Source: a virus
Lineage: Duplodnaviria > Caudoviricetes
Strand: one strand, 5' to 3'
DNA length: 45,561 bases
Virus record (IMG/VR): IMGVR_UViG_3300043690_000005
Span: 1-45,561 of that record
Position numbers and translations under genes: made by a program. The notes below the pieces were generated by a model. The model was not told the DNA's origin and ran no database searches. It saw nothing but the letters and a program-made list of their open reading frames with translations. Positions 44,299 through 45,561 of this stretch are shown piece by piece (position 1 is the first letter of the stretch; the number at the start of each line of letters is the position of its first letter).

Positions 44299-45199
44299 AG
44301 TTCTTTGGTGCTCCTCCGCTAGGTTCTGGAGTCACTGGAGCCGTCACACAATCTATCGGCTCTGCGTCTGGAGCTATCCACAGGACTTTAGGTTTCGCTC
44401 TTACTTGAAAGTTTCTATCATCACTGGTCAGTACTTTCCAGTAAACTGGAGTTCCGGTCTGAACTACATAACCATCATGATAAACTGCAACTCCAGCGTA
44501 TACAACGTCTGGAATCTGATCTACCTCCCAACCTGGAATCTTGTTTCCTGGATACTTAAGAGTTGGTTTAACTGTTACAGACCAGTCAGCGGGAGCATCA
44601 CCAAAGTAATAAACGTCTGGCTTCTGTTTAACCTTCCAACCATACGATACCGGGGGGATATTATAGATTATAGCTTTTAACCTAGCTAATAGTCCCTTCG
44701 ACCCACCAGTTAGTATTACACGTTCCCGAAGCAATAATCCATTAGATCCGCCCAAAAGAACAATTTGCTTCAGGTCTGTTGCTCTAGTTACTTTAGGACT
44801 GTAGATGCATGTATTGGCTGTATTTGAAATAGTTATCGTTTCTTCTGGGCTGTAAGTATTAGTGTTTGCTGTTCCATAAGAGTTTATTATTACCTCGGAA
44901 GGTAATTTTACGGAAAGGAAAATTTTCCTTTTGCGGGGAATTATACCATTAAACCCCCCAAGCAAGACTATGTACTTCCCAGAGGTATTCATCAAGACTC
45001 TGGGACTATGGCTAGCTACAGGAAGAGTCCAAATCTCTTTAGGCTCTTGATTAACTATATAGCTAGCTGGACTCAGTGCGGACAAAGCTCCAGGCCAAGA
45101 GTCTATAGGCTCTTGAAATACAGTCCATCCTGTAGACGGAGGGACAGTCGGAGCACCAAGCTCCGCATGTCCGCACTCAAAGAGTCCTAACTGTGGCAC
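44288..45199 (-). CDS. Repeat-containing putative tail protein
   Basis: 303 aa with three (I/V)xL(L/T)GGx(N/K)G repeats, two TANT..YSP repeats and several GW.V..KP repeats. Ends NYVY. Confidence 0.6.
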   Translation of the reverse strand: MPQLGLFECGHAELGAPTVPPSTGWTVFQEPIDSWPGALSALSPASYIVNQEPKEIWTLPVASHSPRVLMNTSGKYIVLLGGFNGIIPRKRKIFLSVKLPSEVIINSYGTANTNTYSPEETITISNTANTCIYSPKVTRATDLKQIVLLGGSNGLLLRERVILTGGSKGLLARLKAIIYNIPPVSYGWKVKQKPDVYYFGDAPADWSVTVKPTLKYPGNKIPGWEVDQIPDVVYAGVAVYHDGYVVQTGTPVYWKVLTSDDRNFQVRAKPKVLWIAPDAEPIDCVTAPVTPEPSGGAPKNYVY

Positions 45200-45435
45200 T
45201 AAGAAGTTCCCTGTAACCAGCTAATTAAGAGAGCACCAGAAGGCCAAGTCCCATTGTTTGAATCTGCGAACCATCCGAAATTGGTTACTGAAGCTAACCA
45301 AGCTGTTCGGCTTGCACTAAAAATCTGAATGAAATCTGTTCCATTGGGCGACCAATACCAAGTTAAATTGCCACCACTATCTACGACCTTATAGAAAAGC
45401 GGAGTTATAGCGACGCCTAAATTGACTGCAACTAG
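45199..45435 (-). CDS. 3' part of the tail protein begun at 638; ConA/lectin-like C-terminus
   Basis: In frame with 638..21 through the 126-bp overlap. FYKVVDSGGNLTWYWSPNGTDFIQI...FG resembles ConA-like beta-sandwich domains. Confidence 0.75.
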   Translation of the reverse strand, partial: LVAVNLGVAITPLFYKVVDSGGNLTWYWSPNGTDFIQIFSASRTAWLASVTNFGWFADSNNGTWPSGALLISWLQGTS

Positions 45436-45561
45436 ATTGGAACTGTAGCTATTTACGTTAGTCCAATAATTAATTCCAAGAGTAGCACCGTTACCAGCAT
45501 ACATTGTTACGAGTTTAGTTCCATCCGTCGCATAGATTCCTACTGAATTATAGTTTTGATT
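45436..45561 (+). repeat. 126-bp direct terminal repeat, copy 2
   Basis: Identical to 21..146. Confidence 0.95.

Noticed and set aside
3057-45190. Numerous short antisense or alternate-frame ORFs inside long genes (e.g. 3057..3317, 11523..11888, 14645..14992, 33603..34004, 34857..35354)
   Set aside because: They are fully nested in well-supported genes, have no RBS or motifs, and break the two-arm strand organisation.
1-45561. TAG stop-codon reassignment suggested by TAG/CTAG richness
   Set aside because: Genes are full length and tightly packed under the standard code, and several end at TAG next to the following gene.

Overview
Apparently complete genome of a tailed dsDNA phage with podovirus-like organisation, assembled as a circle. 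Bases 21..146 repeat exactly at 45436..45561, giving a unit length of 45415 bp, and bases 1..20 look like a fold-back artefact. Two arms diverge from a control region at about 22.2-22.6 kb. The minus arm (22165 down to 21, continuing 45435 down to 37406) carries terminase, portal, scaffold, major capsid, adaptor/nozzle, tail and ejection proteins. The plus arm (22644..37443) carries early genes, a palindromic origin-like region, a SprT protease, a SNF2 helicase, a Cas4-like nuclease/Sak4-like ATPase/SSB module, a UDG-fused family A DNA polymerase and a DUF3987-like helicase. I recognised no integrase, repressor, primase, endolysin, tRNA or CRISPR array. Most unusual points: (1) a PurD-like ATP-grasp ligase and a HAD phosphatase coupled into the head operon between portal and scaffold; (2) an HNH gene at the capsid 3' end whose C-terminus duplicates the capsid VPAGY-stop with synonymous recoding; (3) a PolA with His at the Pol I 762 position and an N-terminal UDG domain; (4) a strongly over-represented octamer GTGCCGGA; (5) a ~360 bp nested inverted repeat flanked by tandem repeats. 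All family assignments come from motif recognition by eye, not from database searches.
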